Counted from the stretch's first letter, positions 27,190 through 36,312 are shown. The stretch is 36,312 nt of DNA from Bdellovibrionota bacterium (GCA_044356455.1 JBIKWF010000036.1:1-36312), one strand, 5' to 3'. The notes: a model not told the origin generated them from the sequence alone. Translations and numbers: made by a program.

Positions 27190-27788
27190 TTGGTGAGCTC
27201 CTCAAGAAGCTGGCCGCCGTCCTCCCTGAGGTGGTTCATGAGCCGGTCGCGAGCTCGGGAGACTCGATCGAGTGCTCCCGCGGAGTCTTCTGTCCCCGTA
27301 GCACTGGTCCAGAGCGCAATATCGGTCGCGCAGCCTTCTCTCATCGTACTGACACTGGCAAGGGCCAGGGGGGCCTTTTCGAATAATGCCGTAAATGACA
27401 TGGCAAATACGGGGAGCTCTCCGATGGTAGTTTGCTGCCTTGACTGGATGCGAATGGTATCGAGCCCTACGAAGACTTTGCGCACAACGCTGGGAAGTTT
27501 CTCTCCCGGGTCGACGCTGCAGGAGCGAACCGCGGTTGCATAGATGGGAGCAGAATCGAGCTTCTGCGAGTCTTCTGGAAGAAAGGTGAAAAGTTTAAGT
27601 TCCTTGTCCTCGCTGATAAGCGAAAAAAGAGCATCACTTGCGGGAGACGTAAGCCCGCTGGAATCAAGAGACCGAAGGTCAAACGATTTTGCGGGGCCAG
27701 GATCAGTGAGTACTCCGCACCCGGAAAGTGCGCACAATGAAAGAGTACTGAGAGAAAGAAACGAAAAAGTCACCAGAATACGGCGCAT
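27186..27788 (-). CDS. Hypothetical lipoprotein, first gene of the mla operon
   Basis: MRRILVTFSFLSLSTLSLCALSGC lipobox; stop overlaps the mlaE GTG start. Start placed at ATG 27788. Confidence 0.7.
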   Translation of the reverse strand: MRRILVTFSFLSLSTLSLCALSGCGVLTDPGPAKSFDLRSLDSSGLTSPASDALFSLISEDKELKLFTFLPEDSQKLDSAPIYATAVRSCSVDPGEKLPSVVRKVFVGLDTIRIQSRQQTTIGELPVFAMSFTALFEKAPLALASVSTMREGCATDIALWTSATGTEDSAGALDRVSRARDRLMNHLREDGGQLLEELTK

Positions 27789-28170
27789 CGACGAAGCCTG
27801 CTGCGCTCCACTGCGTGAACTGCTGACTTCAGCCCGCAAAGCGCGGCCGCAAGATTCGCCGGCGAGATCATCTCTGAGCTCCGCGGCATTTCTCGCCCTT
27901 GCGACGCGCCTATGGATATCGAATCGAAACATAGCCTAACCACCTGAACAGAAAGGTATATGACCAGACTGTGGGAGTGGGGGCAAGAGCACGGAGAGGT
28001 TACTCGGCTCTTTTATTTTTTGAACAGAGGAGTGGGCGCTCGGGCCGTGTAGGCGCGGGGGCGCCTGCACGGGTAGAGGGTCAAGACAGGGATTCCCGGT
28101 AAGGTTTTCTACCTCGTGGAAACGGCGTCTTTGGGGTACATCTCTTTCTAGAACCTCGAGTGGCACCACC

Positions 28171-28851
28171 ATGATTACGCTTCAGCAAGTCACAAAAAGT
28201 TATCCCCCTGATCAGACGGCTCTGCGGTCCATCGATCTTAGAGTCAGAGAAGGGGATTTTCTATTCGTGGCTGGAGCGAGCGGGGCTGGCAAGTCAACGT
28301 TGTTGCGCATGCTCTACGCGGCAGATCGCCCAACTACGGGAGAGGTAGTTGTGGCAGGTCGCAATCTAACTGCGCTCAATGAAGCAGGTACGGCCGCCCT
28401 ACGCCGAGAGATAGGCGTGATATTTCAGGACTATAAACTGCTTCCGCGCCGGACTGTGATTGATAATGTCGCCTTTTCCCTTGAAGTTCGCGGAGTAAGG
28501 GCACAAGACAGGCGGCGGCTGGCCCTTAAACTTTTGCGAGCAATCGGACTTGAAGATCGTGCGGACGCGCTGCCAGCCACTCTTTCGGGAGGTGAGCAGC
28601 AACGCGTTTCCATCGCGCGTGCGCTGATTCATCAGCCGCGGCTTCTTCTTGCCGACGAGCCGACGGGGAATCTTGATCCAGAAATGAGTGCGCGGGTGTT
28701 TGATTTACTGCTCGAAGCAAATGCCGCCGGGGTGACAGTAATTGTCGCCACACATAATTTGGGAATCATTGAAGAGTTGAATTTGAGGACGATAGTGCTG
28801 GATAAGGGTGCTATTCTGGGAGATTTCGCCACACCGAGGAGCATGGACTAG
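28171..28851 (+). CDS. ftsE: Cell division ATP-binding protein FtsE
   Basis: GASGAGKST, IFQDYKLL, LSGGEQQRVSIARA, ADEPTGNLDP; upstream of ftsX. Confidence 0.95.
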   Translation: MITLQQVTKSYPPDQTALRSIDLRVREGDFLFVAGASGAGKSTLLRMLYAADRPTTGEVVVAGRNLTALNEAGTAALRREIGVIFQDYKLLPRRTVIDNVAFSLEVRGVRAQDRRRLALKLLRAIGLEDRADALPATLSGGEQQRVSIARALIHQPRLLLADEPTGNLDPEMSARVFDLLLEANAAGVTVIVATHNLGIIEELNLRTIVLDKGAILGDFATPRSMD

Positions 28852-28918
28852 GACTTGCGGGGGTTTCTGGGTGCCGGGACCACTTGTGATATTGGGAGTC
28901 AGAAAGCAGGGGTAAATA

Positions 28919-29923
28919 ATGCGATTTGGAGCGGCTCAAAAACAAGTGCACCAAAGAGCGGTCGTTGGGCTCGCGGGTCTGTGGGAAGAGGGGCGGCACG
29001 TTGAACGTTTGTCCTCTTTTGGCCTCATGGCGCACCATGTGCGTCTCGCACTACGGGGAGTATTGCTCTCGCCGCTTAATTCCCTCCTTACCTTGATTTC
29101 TATCGCGGTCGCTCTCAGCCTCTTTGGCGTGTTTCTGCTTTTCTTTCAAAATGCCCAAGGTCTTTTATCAACCCAGAGCTCTGCGGTTACCATGAGCATC
29201 TTCCTGGACGATACGCTTGCTCGGGCTGATATCGAGAAGTGGCAGGTGCAGGTCTCCTCTCATCCTGGAGTTGCAAAGGCTGCGCTCGTCACCCCGGAAG
29301 CTGCGTTAGAGCGTTTCCGCGCCTCTCTTGGAGAGAATGCGGGAGTGCTTGAGGGGCTCGACAAAGAGAATCCCTTGCCCCCCTCGCTTGAAGTTTCTTT
29401 CCTCTCAAAGGCGGAAGTAGAGGTCGAGGAAGTCGCTTCTTCTTTAGCCAAGGAACTCGCCGGCAAGCCAGGGATTCAAAAGGTGCTCTTTGATCAGGGG
29501 CTTTTGTCGCAGCTTGCGGCAATCGCCCGGTCAGTGACGAAGGTAGGGCTCTTGGGCGTGGGGATGCTCTTTCTGATGATCGGATTTATTATCACCAGCA
29601 CCATACGCTTGGCGCTCCACGCGCATCGCGACGAGATTCAGATTATGGGCTTGGTGGGTGCGCGCCACGAGTATGTGCGTGCACCGTTTCTGATTGATGG
29701 AGGATTGCAAGGGATGCTCGGTTCGTTGCTGGGCCTTGGATTCTTGTACGGAATTTTTTCTGTGACGCGGAGCGCGCTTGAGGGGGCGGCGGTCTCCCAA
29801 GCCTTTTTCCCCGAGGTGGTGTTTTTGCCGTGGTGGGGGATGCTGCTCTTTGTGCTGGTGGGGCTTGGGCTAGGGGTGGTGGCTAGCTGGCTTACGCTTC
29901 GTCGTTTCACCATAGAGGTGTGA
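28919..29923 (+). CDS. ftsX: Cell division permease FtsX
   Basis: TM1, periplasmic domain with ENPLPPSLEV, TIRLALHAHRDEIQIMGLVGA, VRAPFLIDG. Confidence 0.93.
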   Translation: MRFGAAQKQVHQRAVVGLAGLWEEGRHVERLSSFGLMAHHVRLALRGVLLSPLNSLLTLISIAVALSLFGVFLLFFQNAQGLLSTQSSAVTMSIFLDDTLARADIEKWQVQVSSHPGVAKAALVTPEAALERFRASLGENAGVLEGLDKENPLPPSLEVSFLSKAEVEVEEVASSLAKELAGKPGIQKVLFDQGLLSQLAAIARSVTKVGLLGVGMLFLMIGFIITSTIRLALHAHRDEIQIMGLVGARHEYVRAPFLIDGGLQGMLGSLLGLGFLYGIFSVTRSALEGAAVSQAFFPEVVFLPWWGMLLFVLVGLGLGVVASWLTLRRFTIEV

Positions 29924-31407
29924 TGAATAGAGCTTCACCCGCTACCCTATGCCGGACAGTTTTTCCCCTATGCGGGACAGGGGCGCCCCTATGCGGGACA
30001 GGGTCGCCACGTGAGCTCGTGGCGCTTGTTTGCCGTACTTTCGCAGTTCTCTGCTTTTATAGTGGGCTTTTGAGCCTCGTTATCGTTTCCGCCGCAGCTG
30101 AGCCTTCGCCTTCTCTTGTCGCAGAGGAGGAATCCTTGCCCTCCGCTAGCGCAGATCTCGAGCAAGATAGCGCTCGTGTGCAGCTACAGCTCGCTTCAAT
30201 TCAAACGCGTGTCTCCGAACGCGAAGAGGCACTCACCAAGCTTGCTGCGCAAAGACAAAGTCTTGACCTTGAGCTCAAGAATCTTAAGGCCGAAATACAG
30301 AGGAGAACCCTTGCGGGCAAGTCCATCGAGAGTGAGCTTCTCACCAAGCGCAGAGAACAGCTCGATCTGCAAGAGCGCGGGACTCGCATTGATTCAGAAC
30401 TAAGTGAACAGCGCGCGCGAGCAACGCAGCGCCTGCGTGCCCTCTATATGTATCGGCCTGCGCGCTTGTTTGAGTCTCTCGTGACGACAAGCTCAGGGTC
30501 GCCCTCTCGGGCTACCGAGGCCAATCGCGCGCCGTATCTCCTCGCAAAAGTGCGAGAGTTCGATCGAGCCACGGCGCTTCGCATGCTGCGTCTAAAGGAA
30601 GAGCAGTCTGCGCAGGCAGTCGCCCTTGAGCGGGTGATTAAAGAACGCGATGCGCTCAAAGCCAAGATTGAGACTGAGCGGTCAGTGCTACAAGAACGCG
30701 TGCAGCAAAAAGAGATGTTGGTTTCTCGCGTGGCTCAGGAGAAGCAGAACCTTGAAGTGCTGCTTTCGGAGCTGAAAGCAGAGTCCCTGCGGCTTGAGGT
30801 GGTAGTCTCTTCTCTCACCTCAGATGACCCGAAAGGGGGGCCTTCTGAGCGCGCGAGCGTGCGGCTACCGCCCGCCCTGCCTCCCGCGAGGGAGAAGGAA
30901 GAGGACCCGGCCCGAATTAGGAGCCCTGCGCGAGAAGTGGGTGCTGACACTACTTCTATGGGCGGAGCCCAACAGGGCGCGGAGCTGCCGTTCGAAGGGC
31001 CTGGCCTGAGAGCGCTGCGAAAGAGCCTCGCTCCACCTGCACGGGGGGTGGTGGTGAGGCGATTTGGCAAGCAGCGACATGGGGAGTTCTCAGATTTTGT
31101 GTTCCAGAGGGGAGTCGAGCTCAGTGTCCCACCTGAAAAGCCAATAAAGGCCGTGGCCCCAGGGAAGGTGGTTTTTGCGGGAGAGCTGCCAGGATTCGGA
31201 AAGGTCGTTATCCTGGACCATGGAAAGCGCTCCTATTCTCTCTATGGCCGGCTCAAAGAGCAGCTTGCCCAACATGGAAGTGCGCTTGAGAAGGGGGCAC
31301 CTGTTGGTCTCGTGGGCGTTGCGGATCGGCGAGGCAGCAATTTCTACTTCGAAGTGAGGGAAAATGGTGCTCCGGTGAATCCAGCTAGCCTCTTTTCTAA
31401 TCTCTAG
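29923..31407 (+). CDS. envC: EnvC-like murein hydrolase activator (coiled coil plus degenerate M23/LytM domain)
   Basis: Long coiled coil; C-terminal M23 fold with the Zn-ligand motifs lost (QRGVE for HxxxD, NFY for HxH); follows ftsEX and precedes the S41 peptidase. Confidence 0.85.
   Translation: MNRASPATLCRTVFPLCGTGAPLCGTGSPRELVALVCRTFAVLCFYSGLLSLVIVSAAAEPSPSLVAEEESLPSASADLEQDSARVQLQLASIQTRVSEREEALTKLAAQRQSLDLELKNLKAEIQRRTLAGKSIESELLTKRREQLDLQERGTRIDSELSEQRARATQRLRALYMYRPARLFESLVTTSSGSPSRATEANRAPYLLAKVREFDRATALRMLRLKEEQSAQAVALERVIKERDALKAKIETERSVLQERVQQKEMLVSRVAQEKQNLEVLLSELKAESLRLEVVVSSLTSDDPKGGPSERASVRLPPALPPAREKEEDPARIRSPAREVGADTTSMGGAQQGAELPFEGPGLRALRKSLAPPARGVVVRRFGKQRHGEFSDFVFQRGVELSVPPEKPIKAVAPGKVVFAGELPGFGKVVILDHGKRSYSLYGRLKEQLAQHGSALEKGAPVGLVGVADRRGSNFYFEVRENGAPVNPASLFSNL
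29944..30006. repeat. Three 21-bp in-frame tandem repeats at the envC 5' end
   Basis: ACCCTATGCCGGACAGTTTTT / CCCCTATGCGGGACAGGGGCG / CCCCTATGCGGGACAGGGTCG, encoding TLCRTVF PLCGTGA PLCGTGS. Confidence 0.85.
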
Positions 31408-31585
31408 AATAGGCCCCCGTGTTGGGGACTTTGATTGGCCAAGTGGCGCGAAGAGAGGCCAAAGGTAACTTTCTTTTGAAAGATTCTTGAATCCTCTTGC
31501 TCGCCTCAAAAGGTTGCTGCTATCTTGGCGATAGCACTCGTGATTTCGTTGTTTTTGCCCTGTCTCGCATCGAGCAAGTTTCGCT

Positions 31586-33001
31586 ATGACCAAGCGTGAA
31601 CGCACCTGGCTTATTATCTCCTGTCTGCTCGCTGCGGCGCTCTTCATCCAGGTTTCAGGTCTGCGTGAAGTGAGTGCGCGCGAGAAAGAGGACACCAATC
31701 TCTTTAAAGAGCTAAAAGTTTTCACCGATGTGCTCGCGCTCGTGCAGCGTGATTATGTGAAAGAGATAGATAGCAAACAGATGGTTGAAGGCGCGATTAA
31801 AGGCATGCTTTCAACGCTGGATCCTCACAGCGGCTATCTCGACAGGGACTTTTATCAGGATCTCCAGGTTCAGACGAAAGGCGAGTTCGGAGGCCTGGGA
31901 ATCGAGATTACCATTCGTGATGGTCTTTTGGTCGTCGTGTCGCCCATGGAAGGTTCTCCTGCCGAGAAGGCAGGGATTCGTTCCGGTGACGCTATTGTGA
32001 AGATCGAAGGTAAGTTTACGAAAGAGTTTTCTCTCGTTGATGCGATTAAGCGTCTGCGCGGCCCGAAGGGCAGCCCGATTACTATCTCGGTTTTCCGAAA
32101 AGGCACTTCAGATCTGCTCGACTTCACGCTGGTGCGGGATAAGATCGCAGTTCGAAGTGTGCGAAGCCGCTATCTACAAGATGGTTTTGGCTATATTCGG
32201 CTCAGCCAGTTCATGGAAACTTCGGCCGATGACATCAAGAAGTCTCTGATGCGACTGACGGAGGCCTCTCCTGATAAGAAAATGAAGGGCCTCATCTTGG
32301 ATATGAGAAACAATCCCGGTGGGCTGCTCACCCAGGCGATCCTGATTGGAGATCTCTTTCTTGATGATGGCGTCATTGTTTATACGGATGGGCGGGATAA
32401 GGAGCAGCGGCAAAAATTCTTTGCTCGCCAAAAAGGCACAGAGCCGAACTACCCGATTGTCGTGCTTGTTAATGGCGGGTCGGCCTCAGCCGCAGAAATT
32501 GTTTCCGGCGCTCTCAAGGATCATGGCCGTGCATTGATTGTGGGAAGTCAGACGTTTGGTAAGGGTTCGGTTCAGACCATCACGCCTCTTGAAAATGGGG
32601 GTGCGGTCACTCTTACGACGGCTCTGTATTATACCAAGAGCGGGAATTCGATTCAGCTACAGGGCGTGAAGCCTGATATCGAGATAGTTGATGAGCGAGA
32701 AGATTCAGAAGACTCAGAGCGGCCAGCCAAGCGGTCTCCTCTGCAACTAAGAGAGGGTGACCTCCCGGGTGCAATTGATAACCCTTCAGGATTTAAGGAC
32801 CCAGGTCCAACATCGAGTAAGCCCAGTTCGTCGGCTCCTTCTGGTGCAGATGCGGTTAGCGCGTCTGCTCAGAAAGACCAGAAACTCCCTCCAAGTCTTG
32901 AGAGCGCACCTGTCGCAGAGCTTTTAGCCTACGATAAGATTCTTGCTCGTGGCTTCGAAGAGCTACAGAACTTTAATGTGCTCAAAGTTGATAAAAAGTA
33001 G
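31586..33001 (+). CDS. ctpA: S41 family C-terminal processing peptidase with PDZ domain
   Basis: LDPHS, FGGLGIEI (PDZ), LDMRNNPGG, SASAAEIVSGALKD, TFGKGSVQ (Ser/Lys dyad). Confidence 0.94.
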   Translation: MTKRERTWLIISCLLAAALFIQVSGLREVSAREKEDTNLFKELKVFTDVLALVQRDYVKEIDSKQMVEGAIKGMLSTLDPHSGYLDRDFYQDLQVQTKGEFGGLGIEITIRDGLLVVVSPMEGSPAEKAGIRSGDAIVKIEGKFTKEFSLVDAIKRLRGPKGSPITISVFRKGTSDLLDFTLVRDKIAVRSVRSRYLQDGFGYIRLSQFMETSADDIKKSLMRLTEASPDKKMKGLILDMRNNPGGLLTQAILIGDLFLDDGVIVYTDGRDKEQRQKFFARQKGTEPNYPIVVLVNGGSASAAEIVSGALKDHGRALIVGSQTFGKGSVQTITPLENGGAVTLTTALYYTKSGNSIQLQGVKPDIEIVDEREDSEDSERPAKRSPLQLREGDLPGAIDNPSGFKDPGPTSSKPSSSAPSGADAVSASAQKDQKLPPSLESAPVAELLAYDKILARGFEELQNFNVLKVDKK

Positions 33002-33272
33002 GGGCTCACAGGAAGTAGGGCGCACGCCTTTGGGCGATAGAACATTCCTTCTACTTATCTAACCTCTTGAATTTAGAGCGCATCACGAATCTACTGCAGG
33101 GCTATCCTTAGACTTGTTTGATTAGGTTAGCGGCAATCCATACTCTCGCTGGTCCGAATCCTGTTCTTGGCGCTCTTTATTGGTGCCATGGTGGATGCTT
33201 CCCTTGGGGGTTCTTGAAAAAGAACATGGGAGGTGCGGAATTGAAATGGGTCATTGGCAATCAGGGGTCTCT

Positions 33273-33605
33273 ATGTCGCTCAGGGCAAAATTTCTCGAAG
33301 TAGATTCTGGCTATCATCAGTTATCGATGAGGCGTGCAGGAGGGGCAGAGGGCGCTGAAATTAGCGCGCGCCAGCTACACCCCGAAAACCTTTCGTCTTT
33401 GAGCGATCAGGTGTTGGGGGCTCTTTCAGGGCATGCGGCCTTACCGGCCTTCCACCAGTTGCCCGAGGGGGAGGCCTCGGCACATGAAATTATCAAACGA
33501 TTACAGGTACAAAAGGTCGATGAAGGGGCTCCTTTCCCAGGCGGACGCTCCATTCCAATGCTCCCGCGTACGCCCATAAGCTGGCGGAAGGGGGTACAGG
33601 TATAA
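33273..33605 (+). CDS. Possible hypothetical protein
   Basis: Open frame filling the ctpA-tRNA gap and ending just before the tRNA promoter; no recognisable motif; start uncertain. Confidence 0.3.
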   Translation: MSLRAKFLEVDSGYHQLSMRRAGGAEGAEISARQLHPENLSSLSDQVLGALSGHAALPAFHQLPEGEASAHEIIKRLQVQKVDEGAPFPGGRSIPMLPRTPISWRKGVQV

Positions 33606-33617
33606 TTGCTGCCTTGT

Positions 33618-33655
33618 TTGACGCTGGCGGGCGACTTTGCTAACCTCCGCGGGCC
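33618..33655 (+). promoter_or_regulatory. Sigma70-type stable-RNA promoter
   Basis: TTGACG (33618-23), 17-bp spacer, TAACCT (33641-46) preceded by TG-n, then the GC-rich discriminator CCGCGGGCC; the -10 box ends 25 nt before the tRNA. Confidence 0.7.
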
Positions 33656-33671
33656 TTTAAGGGCCTCTTAG

Positions 33672-33748
<77 letters not shown>

Positions 33749-33755
33749 TTGGTCT

Positions 33756-33800
33756 CTCTAGCTGTGATCTCCCTAGCTGTGATCGCTCTAGCTGTGATCC
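33756..33800. repeat. Three 15-bp tandem repeats immediately after the tRNA
   Basis: CTCTAGCTGTGATCT / CCCTAGCTGTGATCG / CTCTAGCTGTGATCC. Confidence 0.9.
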
Positions 33801-34019
33801 TTCTGGTTAGAGGGCTCTCTAGAAGCGGTCTCTCGTGATGGGGCTTTTCTCTTGTAGACGCGAGGCTTGAGCTGTCTTTCTTGAGGGGCGGTAGCTTTTT
33901 AAAGAGCTGCGGCATCTTGAAAAAACCTCGTTGGCTGCTGGCCTCGTTGGTTGGTGCCTCGGTGGTTGGAAGAAGAGATTAAAAGTAGATTTCGTAAAAG
34001 TTTTTTTGGAAAGAGCTGT

Positions 34020-34229
34020 ATGCCTAAGATGAAAACAAATCGCCTCGCGTATAAGAAGATTAGAGTTGGTGGAAAGGGCGCAGCTTCACATGCGCGCGCA
34101 TGCACCAGCCACAAAACTGGATTCAAGTCCGCCAAGCGCGTTCGCCAGCTTCGTGCGAGCAAGATTGTGGATAACACCATGCTTAAGCAGCTCAAGAAGC
34201 AGCTTCCTTATGCGGGTATCACGAAGTAG
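34020..34229 (+). CDS. rpmI: 50S ribosomal protein L35
   Basis: MPKMKTNRLAYKKIRV...SHK...KRVRQLR...LPY; directly upstream of rplT. Confidence 0.93.
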   Translation: MPKMKTNRLAYKKIRVGGKGAASHARACTSHKTGFKSAKRVRQLRASKIVDNTMLKQLKKQLPYAGITK

Positions 34230-34289
34230 TTTTTTTTGATTAAAAGAAAATTTCCCTAGCTATAGTTCTGAATTTTTGGAGTTCGAGTC

Positions 34290-34646
34290 ATGCGCGTTAA
34301 AGGTGGAACAGTTACCCGCAAGCATCACAAGCGAGTATTAAAACTTACTGAGGGATTTCGCGGTCGTCGCGGCAGTTGCTTCCGTTTGGCGAAGCTCGCG
34401 ATGCAGAAGGCCCTTGTTTATTCGTACCGCGATCGCCGCGTGAAGAAGCGTGAATTCCGCGCTCTTTGGATCGCTCGCGTTGGTGCAGCGACACGAAATG
34501 CGGGGATCTCATACAGCCAATTCATTTTTGGGCTTAAGAAGGCAAACATCGACCTTAATCGCAAGGCGCTTGCCGAAATGGCGCTTAACGACCCAACTGC
34601 GTTCGCGCAGGTTGTTGAGAAAGCCAAGACTGCTGTCGCAGCCTAA
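34290..34646 (+). CDS. rplT: 50S ribosomal protein L20
   Basis: [38 protein letters not shown]. Confidence 0.98.
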   Translation: MRVKGGTVTRKHHKRVLKLTEGFRGRRGSCFRLAKLAMQKALVYSYRDRRVKKREFRALWIARVGAATRNAGISYSQFIFGLKKANIDLNRKALAEMALNDPTAFAQVVEKAKTAVAA

Positions 34647-34708
34647 AGCCGAGTGCGAGGCTCGGAGGGATTTCCCCCTGGGCACTTGTTCACGAACTTG
34701 ATTCTGTT

Positions 34709-34778
34709 CCGCGAAGACCATTAAGACCACTCAGGAAGAGAGACTTCTTAAGTGGACTTAATGGTCTTCGCGGTTTTT
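34709..34778 (+). terminator. Long hairpin terminator after rplT
   Basis: CCGCGAAGACCATTAAG/CTTAATGGTCTTCGCGG, a 17-bp perfect outer stem extended by an imperfect inner stem and followed by TTTTT. Confidence 0.8.
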
Positions 34779-34816
34779 GGGGTATTTTGTAGCGTTGAGA
34801 TGTGAGGCGCAGTGGT

Positions 34817-35440
34817 ATGGGGCATTCCTCTGATTCCTCGAAGCGTTTACCAGCAGGGCGTTTTCATGTGGCAGAGGATGTCGGGATAGGAAACCGCTTG
34901 CCTCTCGCGGCGGGTGGACGGCCTGTGGGTGTGCCCGCGTCTAGGGAACGAATTCGGCCTTCATCAAAGCGCTCTCCGTCAGCAGTGGTCTGTCTCCTTA
35001 CGGCGGAATGCGTCCCAGAACTCTACGAAATTGAAATCGAATGTAATCGGCCAATTTGGTCGCCGCAGTTACTTGCCAATGAGTTTCGGAATGCGCATGC
35101 GAGGGTGTATGGCGCGCGGCTGTCTGGTCGCATCGTTGGCTTCTTAATCGTGCATGTGATTCTTGATGAAGCGCATATTCTCAACTTTGGGATTAAGAGT
35201 TCTTTCCGCGGAGAAGGAGTAGGCCGGGTCTTGCTGGTTGAAGTTATTGACCGCCTCATAGAGGAAGGCGTGCATGTCGTTACGCTAGAAGTGCGTGCCA
35301 CAAATTCGGTAGCGCGTTCTCTCTACGAATCAATTGGATTTGCTGAGGCGGGCATTCGCCCGCACTACTACACGGACAATGGCGAAGACGCGCTGATTTT
35401 GCGGCTTGATGCGCAGCATTTTCTCGTGACGAAAAGATAG
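34817..35440 (+). CDS. rimI: Ribosomal-protein-alanine N-acetyltransferase (GNAT)
   Basis: ILDEAHILNFGI, FRGEGVG, VTLEVRATNSVARSLY, GIRPHYYTDNGEDALIL. Start uncertain; the first ~55 aa lie outside the domain. Confidence 0.88.
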   Translation: MGHSSDSSKRLPAGRFHVAEDVGIGNRLPLAAGGRPVGVPASRERIRPSSKRSPSAVVCLLTAECVPELYEIEIECNRPIWSPQLLANEFRNAHARVYGARLSGRIVGFLIVHVILDEAHILNFGIKSSFRGEGVGRVLLVEVIDRLIEEGVHVVTLEVRATNSVARSLYESIGFAEAGIRPHYYTDNGEDALILRLDAQHFLVTKR

Positions 35441-35452
35441 AGGAGGAGTGCC

Positions 35453-36312
35453 ATGGATTGGTATCGCGATATATTCTTTCCGCTTGCCTGTCGTATGGAT
35501 CCTGAGGTGGTGCACGAGCGGACTCTGCATCTGATGGGAAGTTCCTTCATGTCGGCCCCGCTACGGGCGGCTTTTCGCGCGTTTTCTAATGCTGAAAATT
35601 CGTCATTAACATCTACAGTCGCCGGACTTACTTTTAAAAATCCGGTAGGACTTGCCGCCGGGTTCGACAAGAATGCGTCAGCTCTCCCTCTCTTTGAGTC
35701 GCTGGGCTTTGGCGCAATCGAGGTAGGGACGGTGACGCCCCTTCCTCAGGCTGGTAACCCCAGGCCGCGTATCGTGCGTCTGCCGGCGGATAGAGCCCTT
35801 ATCAATCGTATGGGCTTCCCCTCAGACGGTGCAGAGGCAGTGGCCGGGCGTCTCCGCTCCTATCGCCTCGCTGCGAAGGCGAGATCTCATGTTCCTGTGC
35901 TGGGCGTGAATATCGGAAAAATGAAGACGACAGGCGTGGACGATGCGGCACGTGATTATGTCTCTTGCTTTCGAACACTGAAGGGCTTCGGTGATTACTT
36001 CGTGCTCAATGTCTCCTCTCCGAACACCCCAGAACTGCGGCGTCTGCAAGAACCTGAGCGCCTGAGTGCTCTTTTCGCTGCTATCGCCAAGGAGAACGAC
36101 TCCCAAGTTCCTCTCTTTGTTAAAATTGCGCCTGACTTGAGTGACCAAGAGCTTGGAGAACTGCTCGAGGTTTGTATCGACAGTCAGATTGCGGGGGTGC
36201 TTACTACCAATACGACGCTTTCGCGCGAGGGGCTTATGCAGGCTACCTCTGAGGTTGGGGGATTGAGTGGTGCACCGCTTTTCGAGCGCTCTCTGTCATT
36301 TGTAGAAAGAGT
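35453..36312 (+). CDS. pyrD: Quinone-dependent dihydroorotate dehydrogenase (partial, runs off the window; absent from the ORF track)
   Basis: AGGAGG RBS; MDWYRDIFFPL..DPEVVH, NPVGLAAGFDKN, EVGTVTPLPQAGNPRPR, INRMGF, GVNIGK, NVSSPNTP, VKIAPDL, GGLSGAPL. Confidence 0.96.
   Translation, partial: MDWYRDIFFPLACRMDPEVVHERTLHLMGSSFMSAPLRAAFRAFSNAENSSLTSTVAGLTFKNPVGLAAGFDKNASALPLFESLGFGAIEVGTVTPLPQAGNPRPRIVRLPADRALINRMGFPSDGAEAVAGRLRSYRLAAKARSHVPVLGVNIGKMKTTGVDDAARDYVSCFRTLKGFGDYFVLNVSSPNTPELRRLQEPERLSALFAAIAKENDSQVPLFVKIAPDLSDQELGELLEVCIDSQIAGVLTTNTTLSREGLMQATSEVGGLSGAPLFERSLSFVER

Noticed and set aside
31030..31407. Loss of catalytic residues in the M23 domain as a sign of pseudogenisation
   Set aside because: A degenerate LytM domain is the normal state of EnvC-type amidase activators.
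34166..34174. Perfect DnaA box TGTGGATAA
   Set aside because: Single copy inside the rpmI coding sequence; compatible with chance.

Overview
Bacterial chromosomal window, mostly housekeeping genes. The gene content and the FtsZ tail resemble former Deltaproteobacteria (Oligoflexia/Bdellovibrionota-like); this is an inference only. In order: tatC-tatB, a CsgG-like lipoprotein, xth, a SAM methyltransferase, an orphan HigA-type antitoxin, a DUF4398/OmpA lipoprotein pair, a broken dcw cluster (murC-murB-[no ddl]-ftsQ-ftsA-ftsZ), surE, a ~775 aa tandem LOG/SLOG protein, a GT-C-like membrane protein, a G6PDH (zwf) fused to a cyclic-nucleotide-binding domain, a RAYT/IS200-like HUH transposase, mlaDFE plus a lipoprotein, ftsE-ftsX-envC-ctpA, tRNA-Val(GAC), rpmI-rplT, rimI and a partial pyrD. 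The most unusual signals are non-coding or architectural. (1) Three related palindromic mini-elements: a three-layer nested element with IS5-like ends (5269-5485), a second copy with the same outer ends (7364-7492), and a perfect 38-bp inverted repeat enclosing a collapsed GxxExxY pseudogene where ddl normally sits (11100-11317). (2) An HUQ-type RAYT with repeated flank motifs. (3) A ~200-nt rod-like candidate ncRNA (7505-7707). (4) FtsA with a ~70 aa Gly/Ser insertion in subdomain 2B, next to an FtsZ with a duplicated C-terminal peptide and a repeat-rich 694-bp leader. (5) The zwf-cNMP fusion and the active+degenerate LOG tandem. All family calls come from recognising motifs by eye; no searches were run.
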